Shown here: in pieces, positions 10,894-22,648 of the stretch | Layout of the letters: the number at the start of each line of letters is the position of its first letter | Position numbering within the stretch: the stretch's first letter is position 1 | Origin: Ginglymostoma cirratum | Lineage: Eukaryota | DNA: 64,000 bases | Assembly: GCA_024137785.1 (NCBI GenBank) | Contig: JAHRHZ010000217.1 | Coordinates: 14,061,737-14,125,736, forward strand | Direction of reading: 5' to 3' | Translations under genes and position numbers: made by a program | Notes under the pieces: generated by a model | What the model was told of the DNA's origin: nothing | Databases searched by the model: none | The model's input: only the letters and a program-made list of their open reading frames with translations

Positions 10894-12919
10894 TGCTCTT
10901 TATTTGGGAATGTCACCAAGCTCTGATCTCCTAAGGCTTTCCCTCCACTGTTAAATGAGCCAATGTTTGGATGTCGCTTTGAAATGCAAAACAATGATGG
11001 CCCTGCCAGCTGATCGCCTTCGGAACAGTTGCCTCTGTAAAACTGTGCCTCCTCCTGAGCCCTGGGAAGCAGTAACATTTTGTGCCAATGTTAGGCACAG
11101 GGATGTGACCATGATAGTTGAAGATCAAGGTGAAAAAGTGTCTGAAGCAATTCCTTTCAGGCAGAAATGGCTGAGGTAGTGACAAGGCAGGTAGAAAATA
11201 TTTCACAACTTTCTGCAAATGGGAGATTGGGTCGCCTCCGCTGAAGATGTGAAACCATTTTTCGAGCTTCACTAAATACTCATCCAACACAAGCACGAGA
11301 GGCCAAATTTCCCATCATCGATGTATAGGAAGGTGGACAGCTTGATGAAAAGTGCAAAAACACTCGGATTTATACACTGTAAATGCCACTGTTTGCACCT
11401 GCCAGGAAAATATCTACGTAGAGTGAGCAGATGGTGAGGTTTAATGGGAGTTATGGATAATTAAAATTATACAATTCCTCTTTAGTGTCTGCTGACCTAA
11501 TTCTGATTCCAGGCTTAAAAGAAACCATTTCTCCTCCAAACCAGGCACCACGCAGGGCCTGTATTAGTGTAGAGGCTACAAGAACACACAAACATAAAGA
11601 CACACATACTGAGGTCGTGCTGTTAAGAAATGGCACACTGGGTAGTTACAGGCTGCAGATCCTTCACAAGGGTGACGCATTTACAAGGAAGTCATTAGAG
11701 TCTATTACCTAAATGAGCTATCGGCTTCATTGAGTCGTGAACAATAGGATTACATAAGAGATATCAATAATCGGACACGTCAAGAGGCCATGTTTAGTAA
11801 CATGAAGAACAGGAGTCAGCCATTGAGCTGCTTGTGCTGTTCAAAAGCTGGTGTGGAAATGTTGCAATCTGCAGTGCTGTGCCAGCCAACAGGGTGCAAT
11901 GATTTTGTTTTTAGTGCGAAAAATTAAGCATTGGTGGGTGGGGAGGGGTGTCAATCAAAAATCTTTAACATGATTTTTGATTAAGTTGAAAGTATATCTG
12001 TGCACAGAGACAAAACATTCATGCCCCATGCAAACATTTGTGGGAAAATGTAAGTTTTATCAAATATTTGTTTTAAAGTTATTGCTTCTTTAAGATGGAC
12101 TTTGAAAAAGGCAATAGTTTATTAGTTAGATTAAGGTTTCTGAAGGTTAGGTACCCATTGTCATGTATTAAGCCTGAAATCATCAGTTGACGTGTTAAAC
12201 TGCATAAAAAACCGAATAAAAGAAATGTTCACTCCTGTCATTGCAATTCAAATCTTTGGTAATCTTTATTTCACTTCTCTCCTGATGCTTTCATATCCAT
12301 CCTGATGAATTCACTACTTCCCCGCACTGTGCACTATGCAACTGATCTCTCTCTCTAAGCTCCTTTCAACCACCAACAATTGCGCGAATGGTCCAGATTT
12401 CAGCTCCCACCAGGCACCCTGCAAATCCCCAGGCAATGGTTCAATGGACAAACTCAACTCCTGTCACTCGGGATTCTGGCAATGGGAAGCTTTTGGAGCT
12501 GTCCTTAGCGTTGGCTGCTCCCCAGACTCCCTGTTGCCAGGGCACTGCAGCTGAGACGATGCACTAACAGTCTGCTTTCACCTGCTCACAGCTGGCACAA
12601 GCATGTTCTGAAGCCTACCCTAGCAATCTCACGATTGGATTAAATTCCTTTCCCGACGTAAGGAGGTGCCTGTTCTTCTCACAGCGGCAGAACCAAGATA
12701 AGGAACCCTGAATGCAGATGACCAGAGCTATAACCAACTACACCATGGAAACACACTTTGCTTTTCTGACACATTAAGGGATATATGTGTCATAGTTGGC
12801 AGAAATAAAACAGACGCTAGCAAATCCGCAGCCCATTTTGCGCTCTGTTCCATTTGCTTATGTATTCAGTTCAATGAACTTTCTCTATTTAAACATCAAG
12901 GAAAGGGGAACGAAAAGGC

Positions 12920-13415
12920 AAGCTTGCTTTTATACACTGCATTTAGTGACATTGGGGTCTCTTTACTTCTGATGATGTTTTCTTCATGTCCTTTTTCCAA
13001 GGTGTCATTACTGTTGCAAAGCAAGAAAGACAACAGTCAAATTGTACACAGCAAGATCCCACAAATATCAATGAAATAATGTCCACATCTCAAACTAAAC
13101 AGGCAGAGCTAAAAACAGACATTGCTGGAAAAGCTCAGGTCTAGCAGCATCCATTGAGATTTACAGCATCCACAGTTCTCTCCCTATTTAAAAACCAAGC
13201 CATGTTGGCAGAATTTGAATTCCTGTCATTTCTAGCGGTTTTGTTTTAATTACTAGTTTGAAGAAAGGAAGAGCTCCAGTGCTTGTCTTCAAGTAATTTT
13301 ACATCCTCTTCAGAGGTAAGATGGGGTCACATCTGAACGACAGTATCCATCTCAGTATTGCACTGAAGAATATCAGCAATAATTTTCTGCTCGGAAGAGT
13401 GGGACCTGGATGCCA
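12920..13415 (-). mobile_element. DeuSINE-like SINE, old and interrupted
   Basis: aaattgtacacagcaagatcccacaaa and ctcagtattgcactgaag match the copy at 26242..26710. Confidence 0.6.
13105..13190. mobile_element. Collapsed fold-back family remnant nested in the SINE
   Basis: aaaaacagacattgctggaaaagctcag followed by gatttacagcatccacagttct, i.e. both ends of the 28136-type element. Confidence 0.55.
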
Positions 13416-15269
13416 CTAATTCAGGTTAGTGTAGGCAAGGCTGATCCTGTAGTTTCATCATATTATGTGCCACATCAGTGGATCCCTCCCAATTCATTAT
13501 GTAAATAACACTTTCAATTTTACAATTTGCTACAACCCCCTCAAATCCTCGAGCGAGTTTCTCCCTGTAGATCTGCTGTCCCCAAGACCAGCATTCATAT
13601 TGACTATCCACAAGCCACTATTATGCCTCTTGCCAGCATAAATCTTGAAAATCACCTTTGCTGGTGTAAAATTACTGCAGTCGGCTCTAGAATCAGAATG
13701 GACCAACGTAGAACTACTTCATTATTAGACTGATGCAATGCCTATGCATCATTAGAGTTTAAATGTTTCTTTCTCTGTAGTTACTGACCAGCTGTAATTA
13801 TTCTCAACAGTCCATTTTAATCCACTAATCCCATCCCTTGTCAGAAGGCTTCAAGTTGAGTCCACGGAGGTAGAGCAACCACAGTGCAAAACACTGAGAT
13901 ATTGTCTTGGTAACAAAAATCTTTGTAAAGGCCATTCACTGCTAAGCCACAACTTTATCTCCGGGTGTCTGTACAGCTATCTAAAGAAATTGCTGATGAC
14001 AGACAAAGATTATCTCTAATCTGTCTCAAACTGCTCTGCTGCTTCGCGGAGGTAATGTTTTAACTCACATAATAGCCACATCAGAAGTGCAGTGAATCAA
14101 GGCCTCTTTCAACTCAGCAAATTCTCTACTAAAACATCATGATTCAATTCAAAGACGAATCAGATGGCTCTGGTTCAAGGCAATGCTCATGGATTGCCTG
14201 CAATGCTGCCTCAGCCTGGTATAACCCACTGAATATCAATGAAGCCAGTGGAAACCAATGCCATTCAAATCGTATTGTAAAAGGTAGTTCTTTCGGCCTC
14301 TTTAGTATTAACACACAAAGCATTATGCATCAATAGGCCTACTGATGGATTAAACTTGAAGGGGTAAGTCTTATCACAAACACAGGAGTGGCCTGGGCAA
14401 TGTCTGGAATGCAAGATAGACAATAATTAGTCATATATCTGGGACCTCCAAATTATCTAATTTTAAGATTTCAGCAAGAACCTTCAAATCATGAGGCAGA
14501 AGAAAACAACTCAGGTGCACAGTCATGCCTGTGACTTATGGAGGGCCAGTGCCATTCAGTTAGTGCTGGCGTTGTGCTGCTTCAGTGAATTTCCCCATAC
14601 CCAAACCTTTAATTAAGTAATTTCATGTTAAACCATCAACAGTAAAAATGGAACACTTGCTGCACGTATAGAACAGCGCAACATCCTGCGGATACCGCAG
14701 TCCTGAGCAGTTGGGCCAATTGAATGGTGACACACAATCAATCATCGAATGGAAAAGACAAAATGTTTGGAGTTATAAAAAGGGCAGCCGTTTCTCATTG
14801 AGTACAAAATGAATCTCGCCCTCAGCAACTTCAAAAGCAAAATGGTCAAGCAAAGAATAATTTAATTGAACTGAGAAAAAATATGCGTACCTGTTAAAAG
14901 ATCCTGTCCCTTCCTTAACAATGATGGTCCACCAACTGTATGAATTGAATGTTTTAAGGGTAGGAATGGCAGTCATAGAATTAATCAGCATCTCTCTCTC
15001 TCTCCTGTCCCTTACTCTGCACTGGTGCACTTATACATTTGGTCACATGTGATACAAGTTGAATCAAGTTTAGTTTTGTATATGGACACTAAATAATACA
15101 ATTATTTATTAAATCACACTACTTTTGACATCAACATTATTCTACGTGCACAGTACAACCTAAACAAGAAGCTGACTCTCTTTTGCACTCAGTATGTGCC
15201 AATATTGCCATTTTCAAACTGGGAGGTGTGAATGCTTCAAATTATCTCCAAGGCAGGCCCCCTGTCACT

Positions 15270-15573
15270 TGGCATGTCAGCTGTGGAACTCCTGCCTCAA
15301 GTTTGGAAATTTTACAGCTACAAATCCCATTCCAGGACTTGAACACATGGATCAAGACTGATGCTCCACTGCAGTGCAGAGGGAATGCTGCTTTCTTGGA
15401 AGCACCAGTTTGTGCGCGAAACATTAAACAGAAGCCCCTTCTGCCCTCTCAGTTGGATATTAAAGAATCCATGGTAGTACTTCGAAGAAAATCAGGGGGT
15501 TATCCCCAGTATCCTGGTGAAAATTCATCCCCATCACAATGACCATCACATAAAAAAGATGGCCTGATCATTA

Positions 15574-15627
<54 letters not shown>

Positions 15628-15710
15628 ATTACAACCACAGTGATTGTAACTCAACAGGTTCTTCTTGGCTATAAAATGCTTTAAGATGACTTGAAAATCA
15701 GTCCTTGTTT
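15270..15710 (+). mobile_element. DeuSINE-like (SacSINE1-type) SINE
   Basis: Deu-domain-like core ctgccctctcagttggatattaaagaatccatggtagtacttcgaaga. Reverse-complement similarity to 26242..26710. Confidence 0.7.
15577..15624. repeat. (GT)n microsatellite, about 23 units
   Basis: Perfect gtgtgt run. Confidence 0.98.
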
Positions 15711-17164
15711 CTTTATTCACAATGGAGGGAAGAAGAACAGTGTTTAGAGAAAGGGATGCACATGACTGGAAGGGTGACTATTTTAAATGTACTACATATG
15801 GCATTACAAGAACAGTTGCACTGAGATACTATGGTTAAATGTGCTGAGCCACACTAATATAAAACAGTAGGTGAGATTGTCCTTCTGATAGCAGCCCACA
15901 GAAAGCAACAAGATTGCATCAATTTCCTTTACTCCCTCCCACCCACCTTGTAATCGAGCATCCTTCCCCAATGCCCCCCCGCCCCCACCCCCCAACAAAC
16001 CCCACCATCACCCTATGTACCGCAAATGATCTTGAGAAGGAATCGGCTTCCAGATTTTTGACTGCAGCAGGCTATTATGTTACAGCTCAGATGAGCTGAC
16101 TTTGACCTTTCGAGTTCTGTTTTTGGAATAAAGTAAATGCTAATCAATAAATGGAGAATAGAAAACGCGTCCAGGAAAAGTAACAAAGGACCGCTGTGAC
16201 ACTGCAGATATCCTTCTGCAGTAAGATGAGACGCCATCTGAACAGAACAGAGGTTGGTCACTAGGAGCAGACTGGAGAAGGTGAAGGGGGCTGGGGGAGG
16301 AAGGTGTCTCAGAGGACATTGACAGTACTTTACTGACTCGTTTAACCAAGACCAAGTCAATTCTTGCTGTTCAAAAGTTGACTCATTTAAAACTAAGCAC
16401 CATGACTGGACATGGCAGAACTTTGACAGACAATCTATAGAAGAAGGGAATATTTCTAAATCCTCTTGCCCCTGAAAATACAATAGCAGAGAGGAGCCAG
16501 TATACGCTTAACCATTCAGGCCAACAGGTGAACTGATTCAGTCAAGTGTCTCCATTACAGTTGGGCTTGTGTGGATCTGTTTTACAACCTATAAACAGGA
16601 GGGTGATGGAGATAAAGAGGAAGGAGGCAGGCAGGAAGAGAGAGAGACTATGCATAAATATTAAAGATGATTAATAACCAATGGATCTGAACAGTCATCT
16701 GATTAATGTTTCCCAGCTCCTAGTATCATTTTGCATGGAGCAGATGAAAGAGCGAGAGGAACGAAGAACAAAATACACAAAGCACTGCGAATGAATTGGC
16801 CATTTTCTTAAGACTACCTAGTCTGGTACAAATAACTCTACCATGAACTCTGTACATTTTAAAATTGATTTGTTACATCTATGTTACCTGCCTTGCATTT
16901 AACCCCAGGCTGAGAATGCAATTAAACAGAAAGGAATAAAATAGACCCGAGTGTCCTCTACCCCATCCCCATTACGGTAAAGGCATCATCGGTTTGAATG
17001 CTTTGATACCAATTTCACACTATTTATTGCAATATCGTCAGTCTCCTGCAAGGCTACAAGAAAAGAGCAGTTATTTCCATTACGTATTTAGCATCAGTGA
17101 AGAGAGAGATTTGGTGACTGAAAGAGCTGCAGTCTTGCAATAGTGGAAACTAAATCCTCCAACA

Positions 17165-17350
17165 CAAAATAGAATCCTGCAGCAGTTCAATCCATTGTGA
17201 AAGAGCTATCTAAATACTCCCTCTCACTACCTCTATCCGCCTAGCCCTGCAAATATTTCATTTTTAAGTAGAAACTTCATTGCTTTCAAAAGTTATGTTG
17301 GATCTGTTAGTACCTCTATCCTGAAAGGTATTCTACATCAGAACAATTCA
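17165..17350 (-). mobile_element. Degraded CR1-like 3' tail
   Basis: gaaagagctatctaa...tagccctgcaaatattt similar to the tails at 24648 and 51498. Confidence 0.5.
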
Positions 17351-17792
17351 TGGCCTAATAGGCACTCTTTGTCTCCTGCTTGGCTAATAACACAAATTAT
17401 TCCCATTAGCATCCTTTAAACACTGACATCTCCTTTTCTGCTTCTAGTAAGCAATGTTTTGTTCAGTTAATCTGCTTAATGGGTATTTTTGGTAAATTTT
17501 GCGCTCGTTAAAGTCAACACTGGCAAATTGAACTTTTCCCATTTCAGGCACCAAGTGACCACAACAAGGTCTCTCAGGTGATTTAACTGCACAGTGTGAG
17601 ATGTAGAATTAGTCCCTCTCTGTGCTGTCTTATTAATGTACTTCAATCCCGATCTCAGAAAAGCATCCTTAATGCATCAATGCAACATCTGTACACCTCT
17701 TACATATCAACTACCCGAAATCCTATTTGCATTGCTAACTTTTGGATTAGTGTTGTTCCACTCTAATGAAGAATTGGGATCAATTGCAAAAG

Positions 17793-18122
17793 TTCATAGA
17801 ATTCATAGAATCCCTAGTGTGGAAACAGGCCCTTTGGCACAACAAGTCCACGCTGACCCTTGGAGCATCCCACCCCGACCCATCGCCCTATAACCCACCT
17901 AATCTACAGACCCCTGAACACTATGGGCAATTTAGCATAGCCAATCCACCTAACCTGCACATCTTTGGACTGTGGGAGGAAATTGGAGCACCTGGAGGAA
18001 ACCCACGCAGACACGGGGAGAATGTGCAAACTCCACACAAACAGTCGCCGGAGGATGGAACTGAACCCGGGTCCCTGGTGCTGCGAGGCAGCAGTGCTAA
18101 CCACTGAGCCACCGTGCCGCCC
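17793..18122 (-). mobile_element. HE1-type V-SINE, full length
   Basis: Minus strand gggcggcacggtggctcagtggttagcactgctgcctc, B-box gggttcagttcc, V-domain tgtgtggagtttgcacattctccccgtg, CR1-type tail gattctatgaattctatga. Confidence 0.95.
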
Positions 18123-18601
18123 ACAAATTTTAAATTTTCAAATCTAAAAAAAATTGGAATGTGAGCAGTACAGGCAAAGCAATATTTATTGGCTGAACCC
18201 AACAGCCTTGAGAGCATTATGAGTCAACAACATGTTGGAATGGAGTCAAATTTGTTAATTGCATATGAATTGAGATTCTAATTGTACTTGGGTAGTGGAC
18301 AATAGCTGGGAATTCACTTGGGCCCCCAAATATATTTGAGCAAGCCCCCTTATCATTTTAACATGGAGGGTGTCAAACACAATATTATCATGCAACAGTT
18401 ATTGAAGATAGTTCATGGACTGCCAGGTGGTTTGTGTTTATAGCAGCCTTGAAGATTCTGTGCCCCACAAATGAATGTTATTGGGTTCCAACCCCTGTTT
18501 TGTTACTGGAAGGGGCTGTTTCTGAAGTTTTGGTTGCACTTCATCTCCACCGTGTGGAGCAGATGTGGGCAGGTCAGAGGACCATCTCCTGGGCCTGCTC
18601 C

Positions 18602-18930
18602 GAGGGCATCGCTGGCTAGGCAGCATTTATTGCCCATCCCTAATTGCCCAGAGGGCAGTTAAGAGTCAACCACATTGCTGTGGGCCTGGAGTCGCATATA
18701 GGCCAGACCAGGTAAGGATGGCAGTTTCCTTCCCTAAAAGGACATTAATGAACCAGATGGGTTTTTCCAACAATCAACAATGGATTCATGGTCATCATTA
18801 GATCTTTAATTCCAGATATTTTTATTGAATTCAAATTCTACCATCTGCTGTGGCAGGATTCGAACCCAGGTCTCAAAACATTATCGAGGTCTCAGGATTA
18901 ACAGTCCAGCGATAATACCAGTAGGCCATT
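18602..18930 (-). mobile_element. tRNA-derived SINE family C
   Basis: Minus strand tggcctactggtattatcgctggactgttaatcc...gggttcgaatcc. Highly similar to 32812..33178. Confidence 0.9.
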
Positions 18931-18932
18931 TA

Positions 18933-19413
18933 CAGAGATATTTCCAGGAGTGGAGGATTCTAGATCAGAGGAAAGATTAAATAGGCTGGAGTTGGTTGCT
19001 AGCAACTGCAAGAGGTCGAGAGGAGATTTGATTGGGGTGGATAAAATTATGGGCAGCCGAGGTAGAATGGCTAAAGACAACTTCTCTGTATGAGCAGTCA
19101 GGTCATTAACCATTAGCGACAGATCTGCTGAAACTGATAGATGGATTATAGGAGATTCAGGGACAATCTTTATCATTCAGTGCTCAGAGTCAGGTCCTTA
19201 CTGCTTTTAAAAGGGTGTGGGCAGTGACAGAAATTCTCATCACAATGATTAAAAAAAAAAAAAATCCACCTGGAAGTGCACTTAAAATGTTGTAGCCAAC
19301 AGGACTCTGAGCCATGAGTCAGTAAAGTGTGATCAAGCCTGGAAAGCTCATTTTTGGCTGATGCACATTCTCCGGGACCTCCACTTGTACCGTATATTTT
19401 CTATGTTTCTATG
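18933..19413 (+). mobile_element. Degraded CR1-like LINE 3' end
   Basis: gaggaaagattaaataggctggagttg (EERLNRLEL), agaggagatttgatt (RGDLI), tail tttctatgtttctatg. Confidence 0.7.
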
Positions 19414-20258
19414 TAAAATGCAGAAGCTGGTAATACTTTTGATTTATACGTTGATTAGGTTATTGCACAAGTTGCAGCACTGGGGAATACACAGATGCAG
19501 TAAATCTGACGACGTGGTTGCATTTTTTGATACATTGGCACAAAACCAGGCACCTGCTTTGCCAACATACTCCCTGACATGTCCCACGTTATAATATTTG
19601 ACGTGCCCCCTTCCGCAGATTGCCAGGGCAAAATTTCCCATCAGATTTCGCAGCTGAAATGAAACTGAGGTTCTGCTGACTCATTTTGCCTTATAGTTCT
19701 GTGTTAAAGATTTAACCTGAGACTCGTACATCCATATTAATTAAATAACTGCCTGGAAAAAAGTCTTTATAATATACGTGACTCATCTAAGCTCACACAG
19801 CCTTCACATGGAACTCCATGATTCAAAAGGTTATTCTGGGCAGTGTCAGCTTTGGGGGTGGTTTTCATTGGTTACTTGTACTGAGCCCCATCCAACAGAC
19901 TGAAGGGTGAGAATTAGCTTTTCCTTCTCTTTCTCTTTCTCCCTCTTTCTCAAAACCCGCTGCTGCAGGGCACAGGGGTTCCTGTCATCTGTCAGCATCT
20001 TCAACTAATTGTAGCTGCTGGAACAGTGTCAGCCCTCTGTTAGTGAGGTATGAACATGTTAGTTAATCTACAGCGTTTTGAGTTAGAAACATCAAACATC
20101 CTTATTGTTCACTCTGTCTTCCATGCTGAGTGGCACAAGATAACTTCTTTCTTCCACCATTTCCATGTTCCAGCAGATCAGGGTTTTGGGTTACGTTCGT
20201 AATTAAGTTGCTTATCACGTGGGCTAGATTATTAGACTGTATCCCAACTCTGAACCCA

Positions 20259-20724
20259 GGGCAGCATAGTGGCTCAGAGATAACACAGGGTGGAGCTGGA
20301 GGAACACAGCAGGCCAGGCAGCACCAGAGGAGCAGGAAACCTGACGTTTCAGGTCGGGACCCTCCTGAAGAAAATTTTCTGAAGACAGGTCCCGACCCGA
20401 AACGTCAGCTTTCCTGCTCCTCTGATACTGCCTGGCCTGCTGTGTTCCTCCAGCTCCACAGAGTGATATCTCAGGCTTGAGCATTGGCAGTTCTTACTAT
20501 CTCATGGTGACTCAGAGGTTAGGACTGCCTCCCTGTGTTTGTGTGGGTTTCTGCCAGGTGCTCCGGTTTCCTCCCAAAGTTATGCAGGTTAGGTGGATTG
20601 GCCATGGTAGATGCAGGGTTATGGGGACAGACTGGGGGATTGGGTCTGGGCGGAATGCTCAGAGGGTCTATGCAGACTCAGTAGGCCGAATGGTGTCTTT
20701 TCGCACTGTAGGAATTCTGTGATT
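20259..20724 (+). mobile_element. HE1-type V-SINE, internally deleted, with the head interrupted by a fold-back element
   Basis: gggcagcatagtggctcag [insert] atggtgactcagaggttagga...gtgggtttctgccaggtgctccggtttcctccc...aggaattctgtgatt. Confidence 0.85.
20277..20503. mobile_element. Fold-back (palindromic) Penelope-like terminal-repeat derivative
   Basis: 196-bp gap-free imperfect palindrome 20277..20472 centred on aaaa|tttt (20374/20375). Flanking direct repeat 20265..20279 vs 20503..20517, 13/15. Confidence 0.85.
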
Positions 20725-21128
20725 GCTCTAGAACTGCCTTCATGTGATGGGGACGCTGGTCATTTGACACCCCCAGCACATCAATAATCTCACTGGATTG
20801 TGAGATTGTAATCTCACCCGTTGTTCAAAGACTAAGCCGCTTGCAACCATTTGCTGGACAACAAGATTATAGCTGTAACCTTCCAATTCATGCCATCACC
20901 CAGACACGATTCACTTCACTGCTCCGAATTTACGTGAAAACAAGGACTGATTTCTATGTCATTTTGCTTATGCAAATGTTCTGGGTTACATGTTTCTCTC
21001 TTCAGGACAAAGCCACTGACTAAAGCTGAAATTTATCTGTCATTTTTCCTCTCTCTTTTCCTGGTACCTGTATGTGGTTCAAAGTCAAATATAATTGGCT
21101 GCTGTCCACGGAGGTTAACAAATTTTGA

Positions 21129-21456
21129 GGTGGCACAGTGGCTCAGTGGTTAGCACTGCTGCCTCACAGCACCAGGGGCCCGGGTTCGATTCCACCCTCG
21201 GGTGACTGTCTGTGTGGAGTTTGCACGTTCTCCCCGTGTCTGTGTGGGTTTCCTCCAGGTGCTCTGGTTTTCTCCCACAGTCCAAAGATATACGGGTTAG
21301 GTGGATTGGCCATAGTAAATTTCCCATAGTATTCAGGGATGTGTAGATTAGGTGGGTTATAGGGGGATGGGTCTGGGTGGGATTCTCTGAGGGTCGGTGT
21401 GGACTTATTGGGCTGAGGGACCTGTTTCCATACAGTAGGGATTCTAAGATCTAAGA
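21129..21456 (+). mobile_element. HE1-type V-SINE, full length
   Basis: ggtggcacagtggctcagtggttagc, B-box gggttcgattcc, V-domain and tail gggattctaagatctaag. Confidence 0.95.
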
Positions 21457-22197
21457 AAATTCCCTTCCTGATGCTATCAGGGAACCAGAATTAGGGAATG
21501 TTTAACTCATGATTTGTTCATCCCTTTAGTTTAGTAGGAGAGCGAGTCATGAGTCTTGACTGAACATTTATGTGATCTGCATGGGTTGGTGGTTGAACAA
21601 ACAACCTGGGGTGGAGGGATCAGCAAGGAAACTTAGAAGATCAACGTGCTTTAATAGGTATAGATATTCACCAACAGTAAAATTTCATTTTTGTTATTCT
21701 TGCAATGCCAATTTAATAGCATTACCAGCCTTCAATTATGGGAAAACAAGATAAATATTTTTACCAGTAAAAGGGCAATATGCGTTCCCACTGGTATCAG
21801 ACCTTTGCAGATGTACCACCTATTCCACCAATGCCTCGCTCTTCTGTTAGCTGGTTGTACAGGTAAGTTGATTAAGCTTTTTAAATCAACATTTTTATCC
21901 TTTGTACTGCAACAATCCTGTTCCTTAGATACAGTTACACTGGAAAGCATTCAAATGAGCTGGAGTTGGGCAAGGACCTTAAATTTCATGCTGTGTTTAA
22001 AAGTGGGGAAGTTCACAACTGCCAGCTGATTATTCATCAATGAGAGAACAGACAGCTGACTGATTCTGATGTCCTCAGTCCAGACTCAAGTCAACTCCAG
22101 AGGAAGAGGGGGGTCATTGAATAGCAGACGCGAATAAGGAGCTTTTGAATCTCATTCCTCATTTTGTGGCCCATTTATACGGTAGAGCACTTCTAAC

Positions 22198-22648
22198 GGA
22201 TGATAACATTAGCAATGCGGGGTTTGAGTTATGTAGACAGGCTGGGGCTGTTTTCAATGGAGGGGAGGAGGTTGAGGGGTGACCTTATAGAGGTTTATAA
22301 AATAATGAGTGGCATAGATAAGGTGAATAGCAAAAATCTTTTCCCTAGGGTGGGGGATTTCAAGATTAGGTGGCATATTTTTAAGGTAAGAGGAGAAAGA
22401 TTTCAAAAGAAGAGGAGGGCAATGTTTTGTTTTACACAGAGTGATTCATGTGTGCAATGAACTTCCAGAGGAAATGCTGGATGTGGGTACAGTTACAATG
22501 TTTAAAAGACATTTAGATCAGTGCATGAATAAGAAATGTTTGGAAAATATGAGCCAAGTGCAGGCAAGTGGGACTAGTTTAGTTTGAGATTATGACTGCC
22601 ATAGACTGGTTTGACCGAAGGGTCTGCTTCCATGCTGTATGACTCTCT
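22198..22648 (+). mobile_element. CR1/HER1-like LINE 3' end
   Basis: MRGLSYVDRLGLFSMEGRRLRGDLIEVYKIMSGIDKV plus tail catgctgtatgactct. Confidence 0.92.

Noticed and set aside
16013-17110. Apparent run of minus-strand exons with in-frame TGA/TAG (pseudogene or selenoprotein idea)
   Set aside because: Several incompatible frames fit equally well, some implied introns are under 30 nt, and there is no recognisable homology or SECIS.
17766-18217. Recurrent ORFs such as AQWLALLP..RDPGS..GDCLCGVCTFSPCL (also at 21138, 49584, 58595, 63697)
   Set aside because: They are translations of HE1 SINE copies, not a gene family.
20958-20977. SOX-OCT composite element
   Set aside because: SOX half and spacing are wrong, and ATGCAAAT alone occurs many times in the window.
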